Position numbers and translations under genes: made by a program. From NCBI GenBank assembly GCA_051888155.1, contig JBJFAY010000098.1, positions 1 through 63,612 of the forward strand: a stretch of 63,612 nucleotides of DNA, read 5' to 3'. Source of the DNA: Alphaproteobacteria bacterium. Its GTDB lineage: Bacteria > Pseudomonadota > Alphaproteobacteria > CAAGCB01 > CAG-977. The notes under the pieces are model-generated. The model did no database searches and was not told where the DNA came from. It worked only from the letters and a program-made list of their open reading frames with translations. Below, one piece after another: positions 1 through 8,938 of this stretch (position 1 is its first letter; each line of letters begins with the position of its first letter).

Positions 1-396
1 CGTGTCACCGAGATCAAGCCGCTGGGGTCGCACGATATGTTTTTGGCTGAAATTGCCGCCGTTAACGTCGATGATGAGTTTTTAAACGCAGACGGCCTGT
101 TTCAACCGGAAAAAAGCGGTTTAATCGCTTTTTGCCACGGCGGTTATTACGCTCTGGGCGGCAAGATCGGCACTTTCGGTTTTTCGGTCGCCAAAAAGAA
201 ATCCCGCAAACAAAGAATTTCCGAAATAAAGCATGAGCGTCATGCTTTAAAAAAGCAGAAACAAAAAGAAACCGCCGCTTTAAAAGAAAAACCGAAAGAA
301 GAAAAAACAAAGAAAAGTTTTTCTTCCGATCGTCGCCGGCCTGCCGGAAAGACAAAAAATTACCGCAAGCCGTTTAACAATAAAAAAGCTCCGTAA
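1..396 (+). CDS. Flavin reductase-like (FMN-binding split barrel) protein, 3' part; the 5' end lies outside the window. It carries a Lys-rich C-terminal tail.
   Basis: Frame 1 is open from base 1 (RVTEIKPLGSHDMFLAEIAAVNVDDEFL...CHGGYYALGGKIG), which is typical of the C-terminus of flavin reductase domain proteins. About 55 residues of K/E/R-rich tail follow. Confidence 0.6.
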   Translation, partial: RVTEIKPLGSHDMFLAEIAAVNVDDEFLNADGLFQPEKSGLIAFCHGGYYALGGKIGTFGFSVAKKKSRKQRISEIKHERHALKKQKQKETAALKEKPKEEKTKKSFSSDRRRPAGKTKNYRKPFNNKKAP

Positions 397-409
397 CCGG
401 AGCTTTTTT
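382..409. terminator. Bidirectional intrinsic terminator between convergent genes
   Basis: AGCTCCG (387-393) pairs with CGGAGCT (398-404) around a 4-nt loop. It is flanked by an A-run on one side and a T-run on the other. Confidence 0.6.
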
Positions 410-411
410 AT

Positions 412-1122
412 TTATTCGGGTTTTATTTTTTTACAGGCGTCTTCAATCCGGTTTTGCAGTTCGCCGATAAATTCGCGTTTATCCAATCCTTGCGGCATCG
501 CCGGCAAAAATTCGACAATAATCGTGCCTGGATTTTTTAAAAAAGCTTTTTTCCGCCAGAAATATCCGGAATTCAACGCCGTCGGAATAACGGGAACCCC
601 GCATTTTTCATACAACAGCCCGACGCCCGGATTATAACGTGTCGTCGCCCCCGGCGCCGTCCGAGTGCCTTCGGGGAAAATAATGACCGGCCGGTTTTCT
701 TTTAATCTCTTCTCACTGCCTTGTAAAATAGAGCGCATTGCTTTCGTCCCCGAAGACCGGTCAATCGCCACGCACCCCGTCAGCAGCAGATTCCAGCCGA
801 ACAAAGGAATATACAAAAGCTCTTTTTTCAAAATATAGGCCGGAGAAGGCAGTATGGCATGAAAAGCGATTGTTTCCAGCGCCGATTGATGTTTCGACGC
901 GACAATATACCGCCCGTCGGCCGGCAGATTTTCCCGCCCCCGGACTTCGCATTTAATTCCGACGATCCAGCGCAGGCCGAACAACAGCGACTTTCCCCAC
1001 AATCTGGCGTTAAAGCTGCGCGCCTGCCGGGGCAGTATTCCCGCCAGCAGCCCGGTCAGGCAAAAAAACAACGTTGTCAAAACATAATAGATATTAAACA
1101 AAAGCGATCTGATCAGTTTCAT
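412..1122 (-). CDS. plsC: 1-acyl-sn-glycerol-3-phosphate (lysophospholipid) acyltransferase
   Basis: N-terminal TM segment, an HQSxxE variant of the H(X4)D acyltransferase block (ASKHQSALETI), and an FPEGTR motif. Confidence 0.8.
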   Translation of the reverse strand: MKLIRSLLFNIYYVLTTLFFCLTGLLAGILPRQARSFNARLWGKSLLFGLRWIVGIKCEVRGRENLPADGRYIVASKHQSALETIAFHAILPSPAYILKKELLYIPLFGWNLLLTGCVAIDRSSGTKAMRSILQGSEKRLKENRPVIIFPEGTRTAPGATTRYNPGVGLLYEKCGVPVIPTALNSGYFWRKKAFLKNPGTIIVEFLPAMPQGLDKREFIGELQNRIEDACKKIKPE

Positions 1123-1736
1123 TTCGAACCTGCCGTTTCAATGTTAAAAGAAGTCGTTGAAAAAGGAAAAAAATGGCTGACGGCGACAACAAGGAATTTC
1201 ATATATTCCGATGTAATCAAAGCAAACGTTCCCGGCCATTTCCACCATTCGTCATGTTTGACGGTCTGCGGGAAAACCGGGTGCGGAATGATAACGGCGT
1301 CGGGCATCACGTCTTTAAATTCGGACAGACTGCGCGGCATATGATAAGACGCCGTCACCAAACGCAGCGATTTAAACCCGTTCCGGTTCAGCCAGTCTTT
1401 GCTTTCCAAAGCGTTTTCGCGCGTATTGCACGCCACGTGTCCCAAAGTAATTTTATCTCCCAATTCTTCGGGCAGTTCATTAATCGTTTGCGCCAGCAAA
1501 ATCCAGTCTACTTTTTCATTCACGCCGGAAATCAGCAACTTTTCAGCCTTTTGCCGTTTCAACAAATCAACCGCCGCGGCCACACGTTCCGTTCCTCCTG
1601 TCAGAACGACAATCGCATCGGTTGTCGTTCCCGTGTCTTCAGGCCCCCGGTTGACCAAAGAAGCGAACCAAAACAATCCGCCCGTCCAAGCGGCAAACAA
1701 GATGAATATGACCGGCGGCACTTTTTTGCGCATCAT
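1119..1736 (-). CDS. ElyC/SanA/YdcF (DUF218) family envelope protein
   Basis: VVLTGGTERV...LLISGV core plus an N-terminal TM segment. I chose the start at MMRKK (ATG 1736), which overlaps the ftsX stop as ATGA. The longer ORF to 1829 would overlap ftsX. Confidence 0.7.
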   Translation of the reverse strand: MMRKKVPPVIFILFAAWTGGLFWFASLVNRGPEDTGTTTDAIVVLTGGTERVAAAVDLLKRQKAEKLLISGVNEKVDWILLAQTINELPEELGDKITLGHVACNTRENALESKDWLNRNGFKSLRLVTASYHMPRSLSEFKDVMPDAVIIPHPVFPQTVKHDEWWKWPGTFALITSEYMKFLVVAVSHFFPFSTTSFNIETAGSK

Positions 1737-2629
1737 AACATTCGCCTGAGAGTTCTCTGCACTGTCCAATAAGCCGTCAGCGTTGACAAAACAACCGCCA
1801 AAACGGGGACAAGACATAATAAAATCCATGACGCCGTATCAAATCTGGCTTCCGAAAGCAGGCCGCCCTGAATATCGCCGGCAAGAGAAGACAATAAAAA
1901 CAAAATCGGCAACACCCCCAAAAATCCCGCGGCCGCCCCGATACACGCCAGAAACGCCGTTCTTTTGGCATACTGTTTGGAAATATAGCCGTCATGAGCG
2001 CCGGTCTGATGCAGCAGCTCGATCACCGGCTTATGAACGGCCAAAGAAGAACACGTAACGTAAATAACAATAACGGACGTCGTGGCAATCACCAGACTCA
2101 GCAAAGCCGAAGCCAGCAAATCTAGCGTCTGCACCAGCCGGATCAACTTGCCCAACCATAACTTGTGCACGTCCAGCGAAGCGTTCGGCGTATTTTTATT
2201 TAATAAAGCTTTTAACATATCCAGATCGACTTCCGCCCCCGGAATCAGCCGCACGTCAATTAAATGCGGCATCGGCAGATCGTCCAATAAAAAAGTATCC
2301 CCCAACCACGGGCGCAGCAAATCTTTCATCTGGCTGTCCGTCAAAACGTTTGCCGACGCGATCCCGGCCGTTTTGCGCAGGATATCCAAAACCTCCTGCG
2401 TTTCCTGCTGCGTTTTTTTCTTATTGACCCGTCCGTTTTCCTCGATCGGAATCACCTGAACCGTCAAAGACCCGGAAATCGACCGGCTCCAGCGTGACAG
2501 CATCGAGTTTAACGACAGCGTTCCCGCCGTTGTCAAACCCGCAAAAAACACCATCAACATGACCATCCACGGCAAAAACCACCCGGACGTATCGCTGGCA
2601 AACGGCAGATCGCTGGTACGTCTAAACAC
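1733..2629 (-). CDS. ftsX: Cell division ABC-type permease-like protein FtsX
   Basis: Four-TM topology with a large periplasmic loop. It lies immediately downstream of ftsE and overlaps it by 8 nt. Confidence 0.8.
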   Translation of the reverse strand: MFRRTSDLPFASDTSGWFLPWMVMLMVFFAGLTTAGTLSLNSMLSRWSRSISGSLTVQVIPIEENGRVNKKKTQQETQEVLDILRKTAGIASANVLTDSQMKDLLRPWLGDTFLLDDLPMPHLIDVRLIPGAEVDLDMLKALLNKNTPNASLDVHKLWLGKLIRLVQTLDLLASALLSLVIATTSVIVIYVTCSSLAVHKPVIELLHQTGAHDGYISKQYAKRTAFLACIGAAAGFLGVLPILFLLSSLAGDIQGGLLSEARFDTASWILLCLVPVLAVVLSTLTAYWTVQRTLRRML

Positions 2630-3347
2630 GCGGCGCCTCCGTTCTTAAATAAGCCTGATCCGGCGAATAACCGACCGGATAAACCGTCAGCCGACCGTTT
2701 GTCAAATGCATGCGCGGATAAGGAAAAGTCCGGATCAGTCCTTCGTTATGTGTTGCGATCACAACCGTCGTGCCGCGCCGGTTCAGCTCCATAAACAAAC
2801 GCATCAGCCGCGCGGCGGATTTGTCGTCCATGTTTCCCGTCGGTTCGTCGGCCAGCAGGATCTGCGGCCGGTTAATCACCGCGCGGGCGATCGCCACGCT
2901 TTGTTTCTGCCCCCCGGACAAAGTCGGCGGTTTGGCATTCAAATGCGCCCCCAACCCGACCCACATCAACAATTCGGCGACACGTTTTTGAATCTCGTTT
3001 TCGTCATAGCCGGCAACGCGCAAAGGCAAAGCGACATTATCAACGGCCGACAGATGATCCAGCAGTCTGAAATCCTGAAAAACGACGCCGATTTTGCGTC
3101 TGATTTCGGGCAAATCGTCCCTGGCGATGCTCCGCACCGCTTTGCCGAACAGCTTGACATGGCCTCGCGTCGGGCTTTGCGCCAGATACAACAGGCTGAG
3201 CAAAGACGTTTTTCCCGCGCCGCTTTCCCCCGTCAGAAAGTGAAAAGACCCGGCGGGCAAAGCAAACGAAACGTCTTTCAGGACTTCGGCGCCCTGCCCG
3301 TAACGCAGGCCGACGGCGTCAAATTCTATGACATGCGGTACCGTCAC
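2622..3347 (-). CDS. ftsE: Cell division ATP-binding protein FtsE
   Basis: Walker A GESGAGKTS, ABC signature LSGGQKQ, Walker B LLADEPTGNMD. Confidence 0.9.
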   Translation of the reverse strand: MTVPHVIEFDAVGLRYGQGAEVLKDVSFALPAGSFHFLTGESGAGKTSLLSLLYLAQSPTRGHVKLFGKAVRSIARDDLPEIRRKIGVVFQDFRLLDHLSAVDNVALPLRVAGYDENEIQKRVAELLMWVGLGAHLNAKPPTLSGGQKQSVAIARAVINRPQILLADEPTGNMDDKSAARLMRLFMELNRRGTTVVIATHNEGLIRTFPYPRMHLTNGRLTVYPVGYSPDQAYLRTEAPRV

Positions 3348-3457
3348 TGATTTCTCCCGTTGTTTTGACAGCCATATTTAAACACATCTGAAAAAAGAAG
3401 TTAACATTTTATACGTAAATCTGCATAATACTATATTAAATTTTACGGGAAACAAAA

Positions 3458-4105
3458 ATGCTGATCACCTGTCCGCAATGCCTGACAAACTATGATGTTC
3501 CTTCGGTTTTGGAAGAAACCGGACAAAAGGTAAAGTGCGTCAAATGCGGCTGCGTGTGGGAAATAGACGACGCGACGGTCGAACCCGAAGCGGAAGACCT
3601 GCCAAATTTCGATGACGAAGCAATCGCTTTTGACCCCGCGCCGGCCGCCGAAATCGGCGAACCCGACATTCCCATGCCGGCTTTTCAGGATTTTTTCAAG
3701 CCTCCGGAAAAAAAAGAACCTGATTTTTCAAAATGGATCCGGCCTTTGTACTTTGTCAGCCTGTTCTGTATCGCCGCTTCGATTTACCTGTTTTTCTTCC
3801 GTTCTCCCGCGCGCGCCCCGGTGACGCTGCAAACGCTGGCTTATGAATCCGTGCAGGAAGAATACAAAACTTATTTGGTACTGCACGCGGCGGCTTTTAA
3901 CAACACGGATAAAGAAGTCATTCCGGAAATGTTCAACGTGCGTTTTTCCGATGAAAACGGCCGCTTGTTGACGGCGACCGACATTGCTTCGCCCGTTTCG
4001 GCGCTGCCGGCGCGCGGCATGGAGCAAATCGACCTGAAAATCGAACGGCCGCCGTCGCATACGGCTCAGGCCGCCGTCACCCTGACAAATTTCAAAACAC
4101 GTTAA
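3458..4105 (+). CDS. MJ0042-type zinc-ribbon domain membrane protein
   Basis: N-terminus is ITCPQCLTNYDV...KCVKCGCVWE (CxxC...CxxC), followed by an acidic linker, one TM segment and a C-terminal domain. Confidence 0.65.
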   Translation: MLITCPQCLTNYDVPSVLEETGQKVKCVKCGCVWEIDDATVEPEAEDLPNFDDEAIAFDPAPAAEIGEPDIPMPAFQDFFKPPEKKEPDFSKWIRPLYFVSLFCIAASIYLFFFRSPARAPVTLQTLAYESVQEEYKTYLVLHAAAFNNTDKEVIPEMFNVRFSDENGRLLTATDIASPVSALPARGMEQIDLKIERPPSHTAQAAVTLTNFKTR

Positions 4106-5361
4106 AGCCACGGCGCCGGACGGGTCAAAGCCAGCATATCGTCAAAGCTCTGACGTTCGCGGATAACGGCATAACCGGCGCCGTTGACCAGGACTTCGGC
4201 GCATAAAGGACGGAAATTATAATTCGATCCCATCGACGATCCGTAAGCTCCCGCCGTCTTTATCACAACCAGATCTCCCGCTTTCATCGCCGGCAGCAGC
4301 CTGTCTTTGCCGAAGACGTCGCTGCTTTCGCAAATCGGGCCGACAACGTCATAAGAATGATCGTTTTGTCCTTCTTTTACGGCGGCAATTCCATGATAAG
4401 CTTCATAAATCGCCGGACGGATCAGATCGTTCATGCCGGCGTCCAGAACCAAAAACCGCTTGGTTTCCGTCTGTTTGACCCGTACGGCGCGCGACACAAG
4501 AACCGCCGATTGAGCCACCAGAAAACGTCCCGGTTCAAAAACGATTTCACACTCCAGTCCGCCCAAAATCTTACCAACCAAAGCCATATAGTCTTGCGCA
4601 GAAGGCGGATTGTCCATCTCCCGATAAGCAACGCCCAGCCCGCCGCCGATATCAATCGTGCGGATATCAATTCCGTCATCGCGCAGCCGGCGCACAATTT
4701 CCGCCGCCCGTTCAAAAGCTTCCTCAAACGGTTCCATCTCCAGCAGCTGCGAACCGACGTGCACGTCTATGCCGACCGGCAGCAGCCCCTTTGATTCGGA
4801 AAACAGGCGATACAAAGAACGAGCCTTTTTCCAGTCAACGCCGAACTTGTTTTCTTTTTTGCCGGTTGTCATTTTATAATGCGTATGCGCGTCAACGTCC
4901 GGATTAATACGTAAAGCTATTCTGGCTTTTTTACCGGCCAGCGCCGCGATTTCGTCCAGCATTAATGTTTCTTCTTCGGATTCGACATTAATCTGCTTAA
5001 TATTGTTTTCAACGGCCAGCGTTAATTCTTCTCTGGTTTTCCCAACGCCGGAAAAAACAATCTTATCGGCCGGAATACCGGACTTTAACGCCAACAGTAA
5101 CTCGCCGCCGGAAACAATGTCCGCCCCCGCGCCCAAGCCGGCCAACAGCTTTAAAACAGACGGATTAGCGTTGCTTTTTACGGCAAAGCAAGTCAGCGAC
5201 TTTTTTAAAATTTTTTTCGCCGCGCCGTCAAAAGCCCGGAAATGATCCGTAATTCCCTGCTGGGAATAAACGTAAAAAGGCGTCGGGACATTTTTGGCAA
5301 TATCGGAAATTGCGATGTCTTCAATATATAATTGTCCGTTTTGATAATGAAAGGCGTTCAT
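4102..5361 (-). CDS. lysA: Diaminopimelate decarboxylase
   Basis: PLP-dependent fold-III decarboxylase pattern (FYVYS..., CFAVKSN, GGGLGV, EPGR, CESSD). I chose the start at MNAFHYQNG (5361), directly after the stop of the upstream lipoprotein gene. Confidence 0.9.
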   Translation of the reverse strand: MNAFHYQNGQLYIEDIAISDIAKNVPTPFYVYSQQGITDHFRAFDGAAKKILKKSLTCFAVKSNANPSVLKLLAGLGAGADIVSGGELLLALKSGIPADKIVFSGVGKTREELTLAVENNIKQINVESEEETLMLDEIAALAGKKARIALRINPDVDAHTHYKMTTGKKENKFGVDWKKARSLYRLFSESKGLLPVGIDVHVGSQLLEMEPFEEAFERAAEIVRRLRDDGIDIRTIDIGGGLGVAYREMDNPPSAQDYMALVGKILGGLECEIVFEPGRFLVAQSAVLVSRAVRVKQTETKRFLVLDAGMNDLIRPAIYEAYHGIAAVKEGQNDHSYDVVGPICESSDVFGKDRLLPAMKAGDLVVIKTAGAYGSSMGSNYNFRPLCAEVLVNGAGYAVIRERQSFDDMLALTRPAPWL

Positions 5362-5362
5362 T

Positions 5363-5581
5363 TTATTTTCCCGTTTCCAAAGATTCATTAAGTTCCCAAA
5401 TACTTTCCGGCTGTTTTTCTTGCGTCGGCATTGTTTGAACGGTCTTTTGCGCCGGACGCGGTTCACGCCGGGCCGGATACTGGCGCGGATAAGTCGTTCC
5501 CGGCGGAAAATCAAGCTTACCCCGCTTTCCGCAGCCGGTCAGACATAACACACACAATAAAACGGCGGCAATCGTTTTCAT
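5363..5581 (-). CDS. Small lipoprotein, LptM/YifL-like
   Basis: Lipobox LTGC followed by GKRGKLDFPPG. A small lipoprotein directly upstream of a DAP-pathway gene is a recurrent arrangement. Confidence 0.55.
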   Translation of the reverse strand: MKTIAAVLLCVLCLTGCGKRGKLDFPPGTTYPRQYPARREPRPAQKTVQTMPTQEKQPESIWELNESLETGK

Positions 5582-5670
5582 GTAAAAAGCTCTTTCCTTT
5601 TTGATTCTGCGCTCAGAATAGCAACTGTTAAAAACTTATTCACTCTTTTTTTTTATCTTAAAAAAGGGAA

Positions 5671-6381
5671 ATGAAAAAAATGCACGGATTTGTTTTTTAT
5701 CTGCTTTTCGGGCTGCTGGCGTCGTTTACCGTAAATGCACAGACGACGGGAAACATCTCGATTAAAAATGCTTTGGCGCCGCAGACTTTTAAGCTGTATC
5801 CTCGGCCGATTTTAGCGCCGACGGCCGATTTTCAGGACGAAAACGGCAGGAAAATTTCTTTGCGCGATTTCCGGGGGAAAATCGTCTTATTGAATATCTG
5901 GTCAACGTCGTGCGCCCAGTGCGTTATTGAACTGCCGATGCTGGACCGGCTGCAAAAAGATATGGGCGGTATGAAATTTCATGTCATCGCGTTGTCATCG
6001 GATCTGGAACCTTTGCCCGTTTTGCGCCGTTTTTGGGTCAACCGGGGAATTAAGCATTTAAAAATCTATTCGGATCCGCAGGCTCGTTTTTCTCAGGCCG
6101 CCGACGTTAAAGGCCTGCCGACGACTTTTTTAATCGACGAAGAAGGACGCGAAGTCGGCCGGATTCGAGGAATCGCCGAATGGGACGGCCCGAAAATCAA
6201 AGCGCAGATCCGCGACCTGATCCGCACGGCCAAAGAAAAAGCCGCCCGAAAAGCCGAAGCTAAAGAAGAAACGCCTCCTGTTTCCAAACAACCCCTCGCG
6301 GCAGAACAACCGAAATCCGCGGAGTCTGTTCCGCCGCCGCCCGTCCGGCCGGCGGAAGAAATTCAAAGCTGGTTTAAATAA
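5671..6381 (+). CDS. TlpA-like periplasmic thiol:disulfide oxidoreductase (redoxin fold) with a Lys/Glu/Pro-rich C-terminal extension
   Basis: Signal peptide, a WSTSCAQC (CxxC) motif and thioredoxin-fold spacing. Confidence 0.75.
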   Translation: MKKMHGFVFYLLFGLLASFTVNAQTTGNISIKNALAPQTFKLYPRPILAPTADFQDENGRKISLRDFRGKIVLLNIWSTSCAQCVIELPMLDRLQKDMGGMKFHVIALSSDLEPLPVLRRFWVNRGIKHLKIYSDPQARFSQAADVKGLPTTFLIDEEGREVGRIRGIAEWDGPKIKAQIRDLIRTAKEKAARKAEAKEETPPVSKQPLAAEQPKSAESVPPPPVRPAEEIQSWFK

Positions 6382-6479
6382 CAGGAGAAACCTTATCTTT
6401 TTAAAAAAAGCTTGATTCTGTTGTAAAAAGGGCTAAAAAAATCACTTTCTGATACAGCGCTCAGACATGGAGGCCCCCT

Positions 6480-6956
6480 ATGACCAAACCGCGCTATTTA
6501 ACAATTTCTTGGGAACAGTTCCACAGCGACGCTCGGACACTGGCGTCAAAATTAATCAATCGCAAAGATCTGAAAAAAATCATCTGCGTTACCCGCGGCG
6601 GCCTGTTTCCCGCCGCCGTTTTGGCAAGAGAATTGGAAATCCGCTGGATCGACACCATCTGCGTGGCCGGTTATGATGAAGAAACGCGCGGAAGTCAGGC
6701 TTCTTTGTTAAAGGTTCCCGAAACGGACGGCGAAGGCGTTTTAGTCGTTGACGATCTGGTTGATTCCGGCAGAACCGGACGGATTATCCGCGAATTAATG
6801 CCTAAAGCCTATTTCGTTACCATGTACGCCAAACCCAAAGGACAGGAAGTCGTTGACGATTTCGTTGTTTCCGTCGATCAGGATACATGGATATTATTTC
6901 CGTGGGAAGCTGAGTTATCTCCCGCTTCTCCGCTGGTTCGACGACAAGAAGATTAA
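6480..6956 (+). CDS. gpt: Xanthine-guanine phosphoribosyltransferase
   Basis: Collinear with enterobacterial Gpt (TISWEQFHSDARTLASKL, VTRGGLFPAAVLARELEIR, VVDDLVDSGRT, DTWILFPWE). GGAGG ribosome-binding site. Confidence 0.9.
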   Translation: MTKPRYLTISWEQFHSDARTLASKLINRKDLKKIICVTRGGLFPAAVLARELEIRWIDTICVAGYDEETRGSQASLLKVPETDGEGVLVVDDLVDSGRTGRIIRELMPKAYFVTMYAKPKGQEVVDDFVVSVDQDTWILFPWEAELSPASPLVRRQED

Positions 6957-6982
6957 AGTTTAGATTAAAGCTTTATATAAAA

Positions 6983-7014
6983 ACAGACCGGCTCTTGTCC
7001 GGCCTGTTTTTTTT
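6983..7014. terminator. Intrinsic terminator after gpt, shared with the convergent hdeD-like gene
   Basis: ACAGACCGG / CCGGCCTGT stem with one mismatch and a 7-nt loop, followed by T8. Confidence 0.6.
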
Positions 7015-7549
7015 AATTTTCAGCCAACTTTTTCCAGGCCATATATTCTCCAACGCCCAGACAGCCGTATAAAATCAGGTATAATCCCAACATCAAAGAG
7101 ATCGTAAAGACTCCGATCATCGGGTGGCTGAGAATCAGAAAACCGAATAACACTCCGATAATTCCCGAAGCCAGCGTCCATTTCCAGAAAATCAAACCGG
7201 AAGATCTGGCGTCAATACTGAACGCAATTTGAATGACGCCGACGCACAAAACCCAGATTGCCAGCAGAACCGGCAGTGAAGAAACGGTCACGCCCAAATT
7301 TGTCATTAAAATCACTCCGACGATTATATCCAGCAGCCCCAAGGCCAACAAACCGCCGGACGGATATGAAAAAAACGCCGCCAAATATCCGATTCCACCC
7401 AGCAGAAATACAATCCCCAGATAAAGCGCCATTGCCAGCAAAGCCGTATCGGGATTAAACCACGTAAAAATACCGGCAAGAATCATCAATATACCGAAAA
7501 TCAGAACGCTTTTGCTTACTTTGATATTGTTGTTTTCTAAAGTTGCCAT
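7013..7549 (-). CDS. HdeD/DUF308 family membrane protein
   Basis: Six predicted TM helices with repeated GxxxG-rich segments. I chose the start at MATLENN (7549), which is preceded by AAGGAGAA. Confidence 0.6.
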   Translation of the reverse strand: MATLENNNIKVSKSVLIFGILMILAGIFTWFNPDTALLAMALYLGIVFLLGGIGYLAAFFSYPSGGLLALGLLDIIVGVILMTNLGVTVSSLPVLLAIWVLCVGVIQIAFSIDARSSGLIFWKWTLASGIIGVLFGFLILSHPMIGVFTISLMLGLYLILYGCLGVGEYMAWKKLAEN

Positions 7550-7826
7550 GTCATTCTCCTTTTGATTTCCTAATTTAACAAATAATTTGCCGTAATTATG
7601 CTTGTCTTTAAGTTGATAATAAAAATATTTCCTTTTTTGTTTCATTTCAAATGCACCTTGTCACTGTACGCATTTTCGGTCAAGAAATTGATTTGATTTT
7701 TTTATCTGCCCGGGTTATCCTGATTTTGTTAAAAATCAACTCTGACAGAGGGTGTATGTTGGAAATTGCAGTAAAAGGGTAATGGGCTTTTCTATACCGC
7801 ATTACCTGTAAAAACATCGGACAGAT

Positions 7827-7880
7827 ATGAAAATATCTGTGTTTTGGTATGTCATTTTACTTGCAGAGAATCCAACATGA
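7827..7880 (+). promoter_or_regulatory. 17-codon leader ORF ([17 protein letters not shown]). Its TGA overlaps the ATG of the topAI-like gene. The ORF starts inside the hairpin CAGATAT-GAAA-ATATCTG.
   Basis: ATG at 7827 and stop at 7878-7880. The toxin ATG is at 7877-7879, giving an ATGA overlap. The hairpin spans 7822-7839. Confidence 0.4.
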
Positions 7881-8134
7881 ATATTTCTAAACCGGAACAA
7901 AGAACGCTTCACGTCCTTGCCCAGGGCGGCCGGATTACTCATACGCGCGGCGAAAGGGGAAAAATCGAAAAAATTATTTGCTTCACCCGCGATGGTCTTG
8001 TACTTTCCGACTGTACTTTGAACGTTTTTAAAAAACTTAAATCGAAACGATTAATCAGTTCAGAAAACGGCAGCCCGTACCGTATCAATTCAAAAGGCCT
8101 GAAAGCCGTACGATCTCAAACAGATAACCGCTAA
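7877..8134 (+). CDS. topAI: YjhX/TopAI family toxin (topoisomerase I inhibitor)
   Basis: [22 protein letters not shown]...[27 protein letters not shown]...DNR is collinear with E. coli YjhX as I remember it. Confidence 0.85.
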   Translation: MNISKPEQRTLHVLAQGGRITHTRGERGKIEKIICFTRDGLVLSDCTLNVFKKLKSKRLISSENGSPYRINSKGLKAVRSQTDNR

Positions 8135-8153
8135 CTTTCAAAAGGATACTTTT

Positions 8154-8669
8154 ATGATTAATATCAGACCCGAAATCCCTGGGGATTATGATGAAATCCG
8201 CCGGCTTGTCCGCAAATCTTTTGAAACCGCCGAACATACAAACGGCGACGAATATAATCTGGTCGGCCGTTTAAGAAACAGCGACGCTTATATTCCCGGA
8301 CTTTCTCTTGTTGCCGAGCGGAACGGAAAACTTGTCGGACATATTATGTTTACTCAAATACGCGCCGGAAAAACAATGCAGCTGATCTTAGCTCCATTAT
8401 CCGTTTTGCCGGAATATCAAAAACAGGGAATAGGCAGTGCGCTGATCACGGCGGGACACGCAGCCGCGCAAAAAACGGAATATGAATTTTCCGTTCTGGT
8501 CGGCCATGCGTCTTATTATCCGAAATTCGGTTACCGTCCGGCAGCGGAATTCGGACTGAAATGCCCGATTGAAGTTCCCGCGGAATGTTTTATGGCTTTT
8601 AACCTGAAAGGCAGAAAGACATTCCTGAACGCGGAGATTGAGTTTCCGCCGGCATTTTTTGAAAAGTAA
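8154..8669 (+). CDS. yjhQ: GNAT N-acetyltransferase in the position of the YjhQ antitoxin
   Basis: GNAT motif A (QKQGIGSALI). It lies 19 nt downstream of the topAI-like gene, the same order as E. coli yjhX-yjhQ. Confidence 0.65.
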   Translation: MINIRPEIPGDYDEIRRLVRKSFETAEHTNGDEYNLVGRLRNSDAYIPGLSLVAERNGKLVGHIMFTQIRAGKTMQLILAPLSVLPEYQKQGIGSALITAGHAAAQKTEYEFSVLVGHASYYPKFGYRPAAEFGLKCPIEVPAECFMAFNLKGRKTFLNAEIEFPPAFFEK

Positions 8670-8674
8670 CTTCT

Positions 8675-8929
8675 CTATATATGAGAGCCGCTATCAGATC
8701 GAAACCACAGCCGCGCCTGTTCCCGGTCGGGAACTCCGCCGGCAAATACAATTTTTCCGTCAATAATCACCGCGGGCGTTGATATTACGCCATAAGAAAT
8801 AATTTCGGCCATATCTTCTATTTTTTCAACCGTCCCTGTAAAGCCGGCATTTTCGGCAGCTTCTTGAACAACACGCAAAACGGCTTTGCATTTTGAACAC
8901 CCTGCCCCCAACACTTTAATCTCTTTCAT
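8675..8929 (-). CDS. Thioredoxin-fold redox-active disulfide protein (small, CxxC)
   Basis: MKEIKVLGAGCSKCK... matches the short thioredoxin-like family commonly found next to ArsP-type permeases. Confidence 0.7.
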   Translation of the reverse strand: MKEIKVLGAGCSKCKAVLRVVQEAAENAGFTGTVEKIEDMAEIISYGVISTPAVIIDGKIVFAGGVPDREQARLWFRSDSGSHI

Positions 8930-8938
8930 ATTATTCTC

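Noticed and set aside
1173-3350. Long plus-strand ORFs (1173..1772, 2082..2459, 2706..3350)
   Set aside because: They are antisense to the DUF218, ftsX and ftsE genes, which have clear motifs. Their translations are Arg/Gln-rich and featureless.
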